From positions 17,361,587-17,425,586 of the forward strand of contig JARFYF010000029.1 in the NCBI GenBank assembly GCA_030265395.1: 64,000 nucleotides of DNA, given 5' to 3'. This DNA comes from Rhina ancylostomus (taxonomy: Eukaryota). The translations under genes were made by a program, and so were the position numbers. Below the pieces are notes generated by a model. The model did not search any database and was not told where the DNA came from. It saw nothing but the letters and a program-made list of their open reading frames with translations. Below, piece after piece: positions 48,201 to 61,860 of the stretch (positions are counted from its first letter, which is position 1; each line of letters begins with the position of its first letter).

Positions 48201-51200
48201 GATAAATTACTCTGTTAATGGGGGAATTGTTTGAGTAATTATAGTTGGTCAGGCCACTAGGAGAATTCTCTGCTTCAGATAAGACAGTAGATTTTTTTCC
48301 TTTCCCATGAACAGGTACAGATTGTTGGTTATTGGAGACTGTCACTTATTTTTACCATTTGAAGTCAAAGAATCTGAAATACAAAACAGTTCTTTAGTTA
48401 TAGGTACAGGTTAGGCATGTTTAGACAGGGCAAAGGAACCAAAAGCAGAATTCCTTGGATGACAAAGGAGAGAGAGATGATGAGTCAAGAGAAGGGGGTA
48501 AATGGTTCATGTCAGGTCAAGAATTCAGGTGCCAACCAAAGTGAGGATAAGAAGTTGATGGGGGGAGTCAGAAGGAAAATAAGATTGGCAATGAAAGAGA
48601 GCTCGAGAAGAAAATACCAATTAACATAAAAGAAGATATAGCTGGAATGGTAAATGAATATTTTGCATTGTTCTTCACCAAGGATGAAGATACAGCCAAA
48701 ATCTCAATAGAAGAGAAGGTAGCAGAAATAATAGATGGGTGAAAATTGAAAAAAGGCAAGTACCAAAAGGCCTGGCTATGCTTAAAGTAACAAACCAATT
48801 GGTCCAGGTGGAATGCGTCCCAAGTTGTTGGGGGGGGGCGCACAGGGTGGTGAAGATTGCAGAGGGCTTACCATGATCTACCAGTCATTCCTAGATCCAG
48901 GGGGAGCACCAAAGGACTGGAAAATGTAAATGGAACACCCTTGTTCAGAAGGGGTGTAAAGACATGCAACAATAGGCTGATCAGTTTAACCTCAGTTCTG
49001 GGGAAGATGTTAGAGTTAGCACAGGAGGAATTTGTAGAAGCTTTGGCCATCATGATTCAATCCTCCCTGACCACAGGAATGATGTCAGGGGATTGGAGGA
49101 CTGCTAACATTGCACCATTGTTTACAACAGGAGAAACGGATCAACTAAGTAATTACAGGCCAGCTGGTTTGACTTCACTCATGAAAGTAAATGATTGGAA
49201 TCAATTCTAAGGAACAGTATAAATCCACCTGTTGAAAGGCAGTTTTGTCAGTAGCAATCTGCGTGGATTTGTTGAGTGAAGATCCCGCCTGACTAATTAG
49301 TGATTCTTTGTGGAGGGTTGGTGAGGGTGGTGCACTTGATGTAGCCGATATAGATTTTAGTAAGGTTTTTGGCAAAGTCCACATAGCAGTCTATTAAAAA
49401 AAAGTAAAAATCTTGGGATTGAAGAATGTGGTGATTTACATCTGAAATTGGTGCAGTGGCAGGAAGCAAAGTGTAATAGTAACTGAAAATCTGCTACCAG
49501 TGGATGTCCTTTGGGCTCGGTACCATTGTTATTTATAATATAACTTAATGATTTAGGTTTAAATGTAGAGGATGTGGTAAAAAAGTTCATAGATGATACA
49601 TAATTGGGCATGTAACTGGCAGTTTTAGAACTGGTTTAGATATCCTTCTGTAAACTTTTGACCACAGGTTTACAAGCTATCTGCTGCAAGAACTCAGCAG
49701 GTCAAGCAGCATCTGTGGCGGGTAAAGAAATTGTTGATGTTACAGGTCAGAACCCAGCATCTGAGTTCCACCAACCGACTGATTGTGTTCTGGATTCCAG
49801 CATCTACAGTCTCTTGTGTCTCCATAGGTAGATACAGATGGTCTTTATGGAGGTGATATCTAGAGAAGTGTGAGCTGATACATTTAAGGAGGTCCAAAAG
49901 GGCAAGTGATACGTAATAAATGGGAAGATATTAAGTAGTGTGGAGGAGCACAGGGACTGTGGAGTGTATGTCCAAAGATCCTGAGAGTTAGCAAGACAGG
50001 TAGTCAAAAAGATATTCAGAATGCTTTCCTGTATTAGCTGAGGCATGGAGATTATGCTAGAACTGGATAGGATGCCATTTTGAGTACTGCATAGAGTTCT
50101 TTCCACCACTTTACAAGAAAGATGTGATTGCACTGCAAAATGGTGCACAGGAGATTTACAAGAATGTTGTCGGTGCTGACAGATTTTAGCTATGAGGAAA
50201 GACGGGATAAGCCAGGCTTGTTTTCTTTGACACTGAGGAGGTTAGGAAGACTTAATTAAAGTGTATAAAATTAATGAGGGGCTTAGAGAGATTAAATGAG
50301 AAGAAATCTATCTCCCTTAGCAAAGAGGTCAAAAACCAGAGGGGAAAAAATTTAGAGACTGGTAGGAATTAGAGGGAAATTAGGAAAAAAATATCTTTCG
50401 CCTGGAGGAAGGTAGGAATTAGGAACCCCCTACCTCAAGTGGTGGTCGAGGCAGATACTTCAGCATATTAAAAATGTACTTGGATGTATACTTGAAGAGC
50501 TGTGATCTGCCTGGCTATATCCCAAGGGCTGGAGGAAGGCTGGATAGCCCTTTCTCGATTGGCATAGGCAGGATAGTCTTAATGACCTTCTTCTGTGGCA
50601 TAAATTTTCTACAGTTCAAAGTTTAGAAATAAAAAATATTGACCCTTGAAAAAGTTTTGAGATGATAAAGGAAAGCCACCACATATTTATGACAAGAAAG
50701 TAATTTATTGACTAACTTGATTGAATTTTTTGATGAGTTAAAACAGGAGCTCAGCAGAAGAAATGCAGTAGATGCTCTTTATTCTAAAGATGTTGATGAA
50801 GTCCCACACAAAAAAGTTTATCTGGAAAACTGAAACTCCAGCATGATTAGGAAAGTGCCTCGAAGTCAGAAAGCAGAGAGTAGTGCCAAATTGTGATTTT
50901 CAAACAGATGATGGTAGAGATCAATACTGGGATCATCATTTTCCTTTTCTCTTTATGTTAATGATACAGGGGTGGGTGCAGAATAAAATGTCAACATTTG
51001 CCGTGATGCAAACCAAAGGAAAGGTGTAAACAATGAGGAGAGGAACAGACTGCAAGAGGGTATAGATAAGCTGGCAACATGAAAATATGATTGACAGATG
51101 AAACTTAAAACCGACAATTGTGAAGTGATATACTTTCCCAAAAGAACAAGGATATTCAATATAGATTAATTGCACAGTTCTAATCTGTGTGCATGAACAG

Positions 51201-54200
51201 AGAGACCTAGATATCCGTATGCATACATCTTTGAAAGCGACAGGGACTATTGAGAGTGGTAAATAAAGCATTTGGATCCTGTTGCTCTATTGAGCAATAG
51301 ATTACCAAAAGCAGGTGGTTATGGTGAACTTGTACTCAACAGAGTTAGGGTACAATTGAGATACGGTGTCCAAATTTGGTCACCACAGTTTATGGAGGAT
51401 GGAAATATCTAACAGCATATGCAAAACATTTCCTTGAATGGTTTGAAGGATGAATGATTTCAGCGATAAAGTTAGGCTGGAGAAGCTGAGATTGTTCTTC
51501 CTGGAGCGATGAAGATTGAAAAGTGATTTGACAGATCAAGAATAATTTAAATAGAAAGAGTAAAGAGAGGGAAGCTCTTCCCAGTAAGGATCAGGGGCTC
51601 AGTTTTGGGCAAGAGCTAAATAGGGTTAATGGAATTGTTACACAAGGAGCCAGTGTAGGCTCAATGAGATGAATCACCTCTTTCTGTGCTGTAATATATT
51701 ATGTAGGCTGTACTATGCCTACATTTCCTATGTAGTTTCCCATGTCTATGTCAACGACTATACCTCAACAATAATCTCATTGGCTGTGGAGCACATTGGC
51801 AATCCTCAAGTCTTGAAAGCCAGTAAATAAATAGCAGTCTTTTTACATTAACCATACTTTCTTCTTGTCCTTTTCTAGGGAGCCGGGAGACTGCTTTCAC
51901 TTATTCTATATCAGCAGCAGGAGTTGTGAATGCAATAAGTCGAGNNNNNNNNNNNNNNNNNNNNNNNNNCTGTGGGTGCAGCCGTGCTGCCAGACCCAAA
52001 GATCTTCCCCGAGATTGGCTGTGGGGTGGCTGTGGGGACAATGCAGAATATGGCTACAGGTTTGCCAAAGAATTTGTGGATGCCAGAGAGAGGGAGAAAA
52101 ATTACCCCAAAGGCTCAGATGATCATGCCAGGACACTCATGAACCTGCAGAACAATGAAGCTGGCAGGAGGGTAAGAAATGGATGGACATGAATATGTTT
52201 CCATCTCCTGCAGTTTTCCAAAACTGTTTATCACTCTCTGTCCTGCCCAGTTCTTCTTCTGTCAATTTCAATGTTGTCTTATGTTATCAATTCTTTTGCC
52301 TCAGTTCTACCCGACTATTATTTAACATATCTTCAAATACCTATCTGTTGATCTACCTACCTACTGAAAACTAAACCATTCACTTTTTTTGGTCTTTGAT
52401 ACTGCACTTTGATGATTATACTTTCAGATTGTAGGTAGTTTTAATTATTTTCATTTTGATGCAGTGGTCTTTTGGGTCTTATTGATTTATCTACCTAAAG
52501 GTGCACATTTACCAGGTAACTTTGTCTAAGATTCTTAAATGTTCAGAATGTTTAAATGAGATTAAAATTTCACCTTGATGCAAACTTTTCCATGAACAAG
52601 AGCTATGTTTTGTACATTTCTATCAACATCATTCTGTCTATTCTCTCTGAACAAAACTTTTATATTATACTCAGGGAATAATTAGTATATGGTGCTTATT
52701 ATTTATCATTGGTGTCCAATCATCTGAAAGTAAATGTATTGGAAATTAGATTAAATTTGCAATTTGTATTCTGAAACCCGTTGAAATTAACTAAAAAGTA
52801 TCTAAACTTTCCACTTGGGTTACATAGTTTAGGCCAATTTTTAGGTAATAATAAAGAAAGTAAATATGACGATGAATGGAGACTTTCTGGGGTTGTTGCT
52901 GGGCTGAGTCACCATTAATGTGACTGTTGGACCAAGTGATAGAGTGCTTGCAGTTTCCTGCTGAAATCAACCTGTTCCTCTTTCGACTTCTGTGGGCTTC
53001 TCTCTGGCTCACATTTGCTTCTACAGGGAAGAGTTCTGACAATGTAATGAAAATCAAAAAGGCTGCCGATGCTGGAAGTCTGAAATAAAAACAGGAAATG
53101 CTGCAAATACTTAGCAGGTCAGGCTGCATCTGTGGGAAGAGAAACTCAGTTACTGTTTCTGGTCGAAGAACCACTATCAGAACAGTCTTCAAATAAATTG
53201 TATTTATGTTATAGTAGTATCAAAATGTAATAGTAAAAGCAAAAATAAATCTGTAGTGATGGGCTAGATCGTTCTTAATCCAGTTTACTCTATGCACTCG
53301 ACACCAGCACCCGCACCCCTTCTCTTTCTCCTTCTGGTGTTTGTAGTACCTTGAACTACTGTGCACAATGACCGTCAGGACTAAGGATGTGTAGAAGGCC
53401 AACAGTTTAGTTACAGCTTCTCCTGGATTTGTCTGTCATGCAGGATTTGATGAATGGAATATTTGGGAGTGTACATTGGAGATACAATTGGAGCTGATCC
53501 TTGTGAATTTTAATTGCATGAAATTGTTGGAATAAATTTTCCACTTTATCTTTAGGACATTGAGCACCAACTGTGTAGTGTGCAGAAAGAAAAAAATCTG
53601 GTGGGGAAACTTACATCCCTCCAATAGTATGATCCTACACTTCTCACCATCTAGTTTAATTTGGCCTATTTTGTGAAAGCATAGATCTTTCCCCACAAGA
53701 TTTTCTTTTTGTGCTATCCCAAGATGACATTGGTCAATATGTGTCCATATTTCCCTTCATATCTTACTACGTAGTGCCTTATTTCTCATTAGAAAGTTTA
53801 TTTTTGGCTTTCTGTAGAATATACTGACTTGAGTGTGATATAAAAGGCAGAGATGCCCATGAATATTCTGCACCAAGGAGGTGTAATTGTGCTCTTACCA
53901 TATCACCTGATACTAAAGTAAGTATTTGAATTGATTCACTGGATCAGGTCACATTGTGTGGGATGGAATGTTTCCTTTTAGTGCTGGCTCCATTCTTTCA
54001 ATGTAACTGATCCACTTTGGTAATAATCTTGTTCTCATGCTAATTTCTGACTCTTCTCATACAATAATGAGTTCAAGGTTGGCTGATTTAAAAAAGAAGG
54101 GATTTTAAGCAAAAAGCTGAAGTGCACCTGCAAACTAGCAAACATAATGTTTAATGCCAAGATCACGATTCTGCCTGTGATGGAAGGGACTTTCATGCTT

Positions 54201-57200
54201 AAAAGTAATTGCCTGAAACATATTGCAAATGGTTCTGTAGAGAACTGCTGGTGACTTGCTCTTTGTGGCTTAGCTCCTTTCTGTTATAATCAGAAATGAG
54301 GTCAAGGTCAGAGAAGAGCTGGAGTCAGAGACTGCATCCGACTTCACACTTTGCTGCTGAACTCAGCACTGAGTCCAGACATGGAGCACAGATATCCTGA
54401 GCTGAGGGGCTGGGTGCACTTTGCATCTGCCTCAGCTTTACATATGTAACAAAACCCCTCTCCATTTGAATGGAATTGCCAACATTGATTGAAAAGGTAA
54501 GGGCAGATAAGTGTTTTATTAAATTTTATTTCATGTTTATTTATTTGAACTTGTTTTAAATGATAATTTAAATTCACAATAGGTACATTTATTATTTTAA
54601 TTGTTAAAATAGTTTTTGAAAATTATTTAAATCCTTTGGAACTGCTTTTAAGTGCTTATAATAATCAGTAGCTGAAAGACCCTTGACATCAGCGAGGTCA
54701 GAAGATCATTGGGGTGATCTGAATTTGGAGTCTCTACATGTATCACCAGTTGTGGATCACTCCATCTTTTAGGATGGCCACAGCTGTGGGCTCTCCAAGA
54801 CAATTGGCCTGTGGGATTGCAAGATGTCAAAGTGGCCACACTGTGTGGGGCCTGGTGTTTAGTGCATGGAGAAGATTAGATTAGGTGTGATCCAGCCCAT
54901 TATTATAGATTTGTTTTTACCTTCACTTTTATAGTTCCATGCTACTATTAGACTTAATCATAATCTATTTGATATTATGTGCACAAAGCACATAAGTGTT
55001 GTGGAAGTATATAATGTTATGGCAAACGTACAATTAACAATTCTTTCATCACTTTATCGTATACCAAATGATCAAGCAGATAAAACTTCCCATACTACAG
55101 TGAGAAAGGGCAAGGATTAAAAAAAAGATAGGAACCTCTTTAATAAAACTTCTCTGACTATTTAAAACAAAACCTTTTTTTCTGGTCATATCCTCAACAT
55201 ATACACAAATCTTGTTGATTCACTTGAAAAGTACTAATGGTCATTTCATGCGATGCTGTGAGAAGTTAGTTTTTTTATGTTCCTTCCCTGGTTCCAGACA
55301 CTCAGCCTCAAAAATACCTCTGTTTGTACTTTCCTTCCAGGTCACAGAGGGCAATGAATACACGGAGTTGGCTTCACTCTGAGCCAGAAAACAGAGACAA
55401 ATATATATATTTTTCCTGTCTCATTATTTGAGCAAAGACATGAATGGTATTGTTTTGCTTTAGAAGAAGAAAAAGACAGGGAGATTGGGAAAGGCAGATA
55501 AGTGGGAAGTAGTTTGTCTGGGGCTATTATTGATGGTGCCTGGAGAGGAAATGAAGTTTTATTTGATAGTTTTGTTATTATCTGTTTATACCCAATACTT
55601 CACCACTTTCATATTCTGTGATTACATCTATCTGTACATGAAATGCACAGATTGGGGGCAACAATATAAATTCTTTGTCAACCGTTAGAAGTACACTTCT
55701 GAAAAATGTCCAAAATGAGAGAAATTGTTTTACAACACACTAGAAGCTGATTTAGTTCAAAATTGTTCATTAACAATAATTGAGTGTCCAGATGAAGTTC
55801 AAAGATAAACATTTCCATTTCTTTGTGCTCGGAAGGTGTAACATGCACCTGAAAGCAAAATGGACAGTTTACTGTCAAAATAAACATACTTACCAAAAAG
55901 GTAAAATAATTCATTCTCTGAAACAATATTCTAACAAGGTGCAAGCGAAACGTCTTTACAGAATTTATCCTTGTTGTATATATGATAGGTCCCTAGTTAT
56001 ATCATGTAGAGAGAACACAGTTTTTAAAGTGAAACAATAGTAACTTTAATTATACTTATTAGGTGAGAGTAGCCCGTCAATGTTACTCTTATAGCAGTCA
56101 ATGGGAGTTAATACTTTATTCCTCCAATTACGAATACCTTGGTTCTGTTTTAAAGGGTTTTCTCTTAATCCTTGTCCTTGAAAGTGTATTCGATACACTG
56201 AATTGTGTCAAGAATTCCCTCAGTTTTAAATTTTACTTTTCTTGGATTAACCTATGTTTTCCCACTATTCAACTTGAAGTAAATTTAAAGGTATCCCATT
56301 GCAATTCCCTTCTGTATTATATGCAGTAGGTTTTCTATTCACTATCATTCCCAAGCCACTAAGCCCACATTTCTCCCATCTTCTCCCATAATTCAGACCC
56401 TTAGTATCAGTCTTGTGACTTTGTCTGTCACCTTTGTGTGTCAGCAACCAAAGCCAGTACTGAAAGTATGATTTAATCATACTTCACTCATGGTTTCCAC
56501 TGACTTCTGGCTATTATATTGAACTCATGAAATTTATTTGGGTTATCTCTGGGGAGGGTATGTNNNNNNNNNNNNNNNNNNNNNNNNNNNNNNNNNNNNN
56601 NNNNNNNNNNNNNNNNNNNNNNNNNNNNNNNNNNNNNNNNNNNNNNNNNNNNNNNNNNNNNNNATTATATCTTCACTTGTGAATATTTGGAAGGAAGAAT
56701 CATAGAGTTCATTTACATTACTGAGCATTTCAACCTCTTGTCTGATGGCTTTTTATTTGTACTATTTTTTTCTGCTCTGTTTAGCCCCTGCCGTTACAGG
56801 TTTTTTGGGTTCTTCTTATTTTTGTTTCTGTTTTTTATTTTTGTGAGTGTACCTCTCCTCTTTTCTGCTGCAAAGGTTTGAAGGGTTTACCTTTCTTTGT
56901 AATTTTAACTAATATGCTCGTGGGCCATACTTATTTATCCTTGCCTGCTCATTTTCAGAATATATTTACCCAATATGCTCAGTTTTATTCAATTTAAGTT
57001 ATTTTGCCAGCCCACCACCATGGTATTCCTGACCATTCTCCCTCANNNNNNNNNNTACTGAGGGGATTAACTGTAGACTATGTGCTATGGAGTTAAAATG
57101 TAAGCCAAACTGGATAAAAATGGAAGGTTCTTTTACCTAAAGAACCTGATAGATTTTTACAAGAATTGAGCAATTTTCATAGTTATGTTTTGGTGACCAT

Positions 57201-59284
57201 TCAGAAATTTTCAGATTTATTACAGAGAGCTTCACAATTTGTTGTGGCATCTGGGCTCAATTCTAAGAGCTGGGATCGTAACTGATAGGTTTCTGCATGC
57301 TGTTATTCCCTCATTTCTTTGAATTGAAGTTATCTACTGGACTTGTTCTGAGGTATATTTGTCTCCTAAGCTTTTTGAACTTGAACATTTAGTGGTTATT
57401 ATTTGCCCAGGGATAATGGTAATTTCTATTTCCTGCATGTTATCTGGGTCAATAACAAATATTGTTTGATTAATATCTGTTATTAAAGTAACTTTCCTGT
57501 TCTCACATATCCTTTCCATTGAGTGAAATTGCCCTCCTGTAGGAGTCCTGCGTCGCATCTTAAATACAAGCTTAGAGTTTGAGAAATGGAATGAGAGGGA
57601 CTAATTTGGTAACTTTCCTCTACCACAGGAATTTAGTTTATATTCCAGGTGTGACTGACTCATAGAACAATCACAACTCCTTTTTTGTCCACTCATTTTT
57701 TTTCTGAAATCTCTGTAGCCTTGGATAATAATTTCAATCTTTGGGATGTAACCATATTTCTTTATTTCTATGATGTCATGATTCCCTATTGCCACCACAG
57801 GTTTGTTACAGAATCTTATTTATCGTGGTTCCAGCACACCTGCTTGAAATATTTATGGATTTACCTTTTTTCATGTTCCCAGCATCTTCTTAATTTCACA
57901 CATGCTTCTCTGGTACTATCACCTATTCCTCAGCAACCTTTGGATTCATCTCATTTAGGATCAGTCTTTTCCCTTCCTCTTTCCTATTTTTCCCCTGGCC
58001 TTTCGCAATCTCATCTCCCTTGCTTCCTGCTTTTCCTTTTGTGTGTCTATGCCACTGTTCAATTCTATTTCTTAAACTTTGTCCCCTGCCAATTCCTAAG
58101 CCAGCTCATCATTACACCTAAGTTTTACTCTCCTGCCACTGATCCAAACTAAATTCTGCCCTGGAAACTTCTGTGGCTCTTGACATACTCTGTGGGTCCA
58201 AAGCTCTTCTAATTGCATTGCTACCTTAAGCAAGTTATACAAGTGCAAGTTGTTATCATATGACTCCTGCCTGCGGAGGTCAGTAACATGCATGGTTTTT
58301 ATACTGTGTGGTTAGATATCCAAGGGCTGCCAGAGCCTTATCTGCATGTCACCACTCATACACGTAGGTATGAATGCAAAGTATACATACTCAGATGGTG
58401 GAAATTAATCCAAAAACAATCATAGGATTTCTTAGCAATTCTATTTACCAATATGATCTGTTTTAGATTTAACCTTTTGAATAAAATGTGCTTCTTGTAG
58501 AGTGCACATTATTTTTATTTTATGTCCTGAATTACTTGAAATTTGCTGATTTATTTTTCTCCTACAGTTTATTTCCTCGCTGAATGTGTTCACTCATGGT
58601 AGGACATGATTCTGGTTTCAACTATGTCTCTCACCATTTATGCAATCGTATTCTAATATTTTTGTTAGCAACCAAGAACGTGAATCCTGATTCTTAGGCT
58701 CTCTATAAACCAGGGATATACAGGTTTAACAGAGCTGTTAAGCATTATTCATAAATGGACACTAACACAGCTGATTTGTTTCATGAAACCTAATTTCTAA
58801 AGGTTGTTCTGTCCTTTTATTCCAGGCTGTGTATAATCTGGCAGATGTGGCATGCAAATGCCATGGTGTTTCTGGCTCCTGCAGCCTGAAGACATGTTGG
58901 CTTCAATTAGCTGATTTCCGGAAGGTGGGTGATCTGCTGAAAGAAAAGTATGACAGTGCAGCTGCCATGAAAATCAACCGCAAAGGGAAGCTGGAACTGG
59001 TAAACAGTCGCTTCAATCCTCCCACTGCAGATGATCTTGTTTATCTTGACCAGAGCCCTGACTATTGTGTGAAGAATGAGACCACAGGCTCACTAGGCAC
59101 AACAGGCCGCCTTTGTAACAAGACCTCTGAGGGAATGGATGGCTGTGAGCTAATGTGTTGTGGACGGGGTTATGACCAGTTCAAGACCGTGCAAGTCGAA
59201 AGATGCCATTGTAAATTCCATTGGTGCTGCTATGTCAAATGCAAAAAGTGCACCCAAATAGTTGATCAGTTTGTTTGCAAATAA
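45123..59284 (+). CDS. WNT5B: Wnt-5b, spliced CDS join(45123..45202,46018..46265,51879..52171,58826..59284), 359 aa
   Basis: All introns are GT-AG and phases are compatible (2,1,0). Residues such as [46 protein letters not shown] and KLELVNSRF match Wnt5b rather than Wnt5a. Adjacency to FBXL14 is the known WNT5B synteny. Confidence 0.95.
46018..46265 (+). CDS. WNT5B: Wnt-5b coding exon 2
   Basis: Acceptor tttttaatccactctag|G; [82 protein letters not shown]; donor ATAG|GTGAGA; 248 nt. Confidence 0.96.
48410..51700 (+). mobile_element. Stack of nested CR1 ORF2 fragments plus a Penelope-derived short element (~49675-49825) within a WNT5B intron
   Basis: [11 protein letters not shown]...NYRPAGLTS and [15 protein letters not shown] motifs; CR1 3' tails at ~50600 and ~51690. 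Confidence 0.8.
51879..52171 (+). CDS. WNT5B: Wnt-5b coding exon 3
   Basis: Acceptor cttgtccttttctag|GG; [21 protein letters not shown], then a 25-N gap exactly fitting 9 codons, then [42 protein letters not shown]...[11 protein letters not shown]; donor AGG|GTAAGA; 293 nt. Confidence 0.96.
53060..53185 (-). mobile_element. Penelope-derived terminal repeat (single arm) with hammerhead-like motif
   Basis: GATGCTGGAAGTCTGAAATAAAAACAGGAAATGCTGCAAATACTTAGCAGGTCAGGCTGCATCTGTGG...TTTCTGGTCGAAGAACCACTATCAGAAC. Confidence 0.7.
57050..58260. mobile_element. Highly decayed SINE (minus, ~57060-57280) and probable L2-like remnant (~57550-58260)
   Basis: Weak similarity to the 41370 SINE core, plus pyrimidine-rich L2-like sequence ending TTATACAAGTGCAAGTTGTT. 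Confidence 0.4.
58826..59284 (+). CDS. WNT5B: Wnt-5b last coding exon
   Basis: Acceptor ccttttattccag|GCT; [25 protein letters not shown] (Wnt signature including the acylated Ser) ... [26 protein letters not shown]. Confidence 0.97.
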   Translation, partial: AVYNLADVACKCHGVSGSCSLKTCWLQLADFRKVGDLLKEKYDSAAAMKINRKGKLELVNSRFNPPTADDLVYLDQSPDYCVKNETTGSLGTTGRLCNKTSEGMDGCELMCCGRGYDQFKTVQVERCHCKFHWCCYVKCKKCTQIVDQFVCK

Positions 59285-60260
59285 TTTAACTCAAAAAAAC
59301 CCTTCTGTTGTAATGAGTGCCCGGAAAGTCTACACTTATCTAAGTGCTACTGCTAATATGGTGAATGTATGCATCCTCAGACTTCAGAAGAGAAACAGAA
59401 TCACTTACCAGATAAAATGAACAGCTTTATAATCATTTCTAAAAGAATATAAATATATATATAAAATTAACTGGATCTAGTTACTGCACTCTGCCTTTAG
59501 CCTCTCTGGCTCTCCTTGTACAATGTATATGGGTGTAGCATTAATGACCAAGTCTTGTCTGCTAACTATTTATTGAAGATGAGGTCACAAAATTTTGCAT
59601 TCTGACCTAATTTAATTCAGTTTTGAAAGCCAACTTTTGTCTTCTTCTCCCATCAGCATTTTTACCAGCTATTTCAGTAAAGTACCATATCCGTTGTAAA
59701 TAAGCAAACGACCTTAACACCAATAGCTGGGACTGCTCACAAACAAGGAACCCTATAAGTGAACTTAAAGAGAAAGGAAAAAGATTCTGTAAGGTGTGGG
59801 TATCAGTTTACCTTAATTCATTTTAAGTTGCTTAATAATTTTCTCTTTCAAATAGCTGTAAGTGTATTTTGTATTTTGCGACCTAATAACCTGCACTGTT
59901 GTTTTGCAAAATTTATTATCATCTTTGCAAGGTATTTGTATACTTTTAACTTGCATTCTGCACAAATGTGTATATATGCTTGTACTTAAAATATGTGCCA
60001 GAATGAAAACGGGCATGTCACTACTCTTATACCGCAATTTCGATTTGTGCAAAGATACATATTTTAAGATTAAATATCTTTTGGTTGCATAGAATGTTAT
60101 AAATATTATTTCTCTCTAATAATAGTTAAAATTTAAAAGTGGAAGCACGCAGCTTTAAAATAAAATGTGTGGAGATTTCGAATACTGATGCTACATTTGT
60201 GGGAATAAAACCAAATGAAAAAGCATACTCAATAAAAAATATTCTCAGAAAGCTAAAACT
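59285..60260 (+). other. WNT5B: Probable WNT5B 3' UTR with clustered poly(A) signals
   Basis: AT-rich, repeat-free; AATAAA at 60159, 60204 and 60231; Pumilio-type TGTATATA at 59969-59976. Confidence 0.55.
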
Positions 60261-60444
60261 CAAACGATGGCTGTCCTAAAGCAACAGAACCATCTTTTCA
60301 TTTGTCTATCTGTTAACTTTGAATGAGACTTAGTAAATTTAATGTATCAATGATGCATTAAATTTATTAATTTTTATCAGTTTTCCTCAACTGATGATGG
60401 ATAGTAAGTTCTAAAAGTATAAATGAGAACCTGTACATACCAAG

Positions 60445-61860
60445 TTCATAGATCCATAGAGCAGGAGTAGGCTACTTGGCCCTTTGAGCCTGGTTTATCA
60501 TTCAATATGATTACCATATTACCATTTTACTGCTTGCTCTCCATACCCCAAGTTGCCTTTTGTGACCAGAAATCTATATTTCTCCTTCTTGGCTTTCTGT
60601 GGTAGAGAATTCCACAGGTTCACCACCCCTTGAATGAAGACATTTCTCCTTATCTCAGGCCTAAATGTTATACCCACTACCCTGAGACTTGCACCCCACT
60701 TGCTGGGCAAACAACCTGCATCTAGCTACTTGATCCCTGTCAGGATTTTGTACATTTCATTGAAATCTTTCATTCTTCTAAACACTCGTGAATAAAGGCT
60801 GAGTCGACCCAATCTCTCCTCATATGGCAGTCCAACCATCCCAGGATTCAGTCTGATGAGCCTTCCTCAATGGCATAGATATCCTTTCTTAGTGTGGGAG
60901 ACCAAAATGGCACACAATACTGCAGATGTGCTCACTTAAGGCCCTGTGTAATTGTAGTAAGACAACTTTGTTTCTGTATGCAAAACCCTTGCCTTCTTAC
61001 CTCTTTGTTTCACCTGCATGTTGGCATTCAGTGACCAGTGTACATGAACACCCTTTGTACATCAACATATCTCAATCTATTGCTATTTAAATAATGCTCT
61101 GCTTTCTATTTTTCCCAGCAAAGTTGATAACATCAAATTTTTTCACATCACACTACATCTGCCATGTATTTGCCCACTCATCATCTTGTCTAAATTGTCT
61201 TGAAGTCTCTTTACATCATCCTCACAACCCTATCCAGTTTAATGTTACTGGCAAACTTAGAAACGTTACATTTGATTCCCACAATCAAATCATTCAATGT
61301 GTACTGCAAATAGCTGGGGTCCAGGCACTGATCCCTGTGTAACCCCCTGACACCCTGAAAAGAAATCATTTATTCTTACTCTCCACTTCCTGAGTGTCAA
61401 ACAATTTTTAATCTATGACGGTATATTAACCCCAATCCCGTGTGCTTTAATTATGCAATTAACATTTTACGCATAAGTTTATCAATGGCATTCTAAAAAT
61501 TCAAATACACCACATTATCTGGTTTTCCCATATCTATTCTTCTCCTTAAAAACTCCAGTGAATTTGTCAAACACTATTTCCCTTTCATAGATCAATGTGG
61601 ACTTTGTCTCATCCCATTGATACTTTCTAAGTGTTCATGGCATCCTTTATAATCGCCTTTAGCATCTACCTCACTGCTAATGTTAGGCTAGCCAGACTGT
61701 CGTCTTCTGTTTTCTCTCAATTCTTATGTAATTATTAGGGTTATCATTGCCACCTTCCAATCTGCAGGAGCCATTTCTCAACGTATTGAATTTTGAAAGA
61801 TGATAACCAATGTATCAATTATTTCTATGGCTACCTCTTTCAGTAGTCTGGAATGCAGCT
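60445..61860 (-). mobile_element. 5'-truncated CR1 LINE (antisense), directly after the WNT5B poly(A) region
   Basis: CATAGATCCATAGAGCAGGAGTAGGCTACTTGGCCCTTTGAGCCTG tail; FRPEIRRNVFIQGVVNLWNSLPQKA peptide. Confidence 0.88.

Noticed and set aside
57685-58152. 155-aa hydrophobic ORF in a WNT5B intron
   Set aside because: Non-ATG start, T-rich decayed repeat-like sequence, no protein family features.
45123-59284. Alternative assignment as WNT5A
   Set aside because: Diagnostic residues ([23 protein letters not shown]), the 359-aa length and the FBXL14 linkage favour WNT5B.
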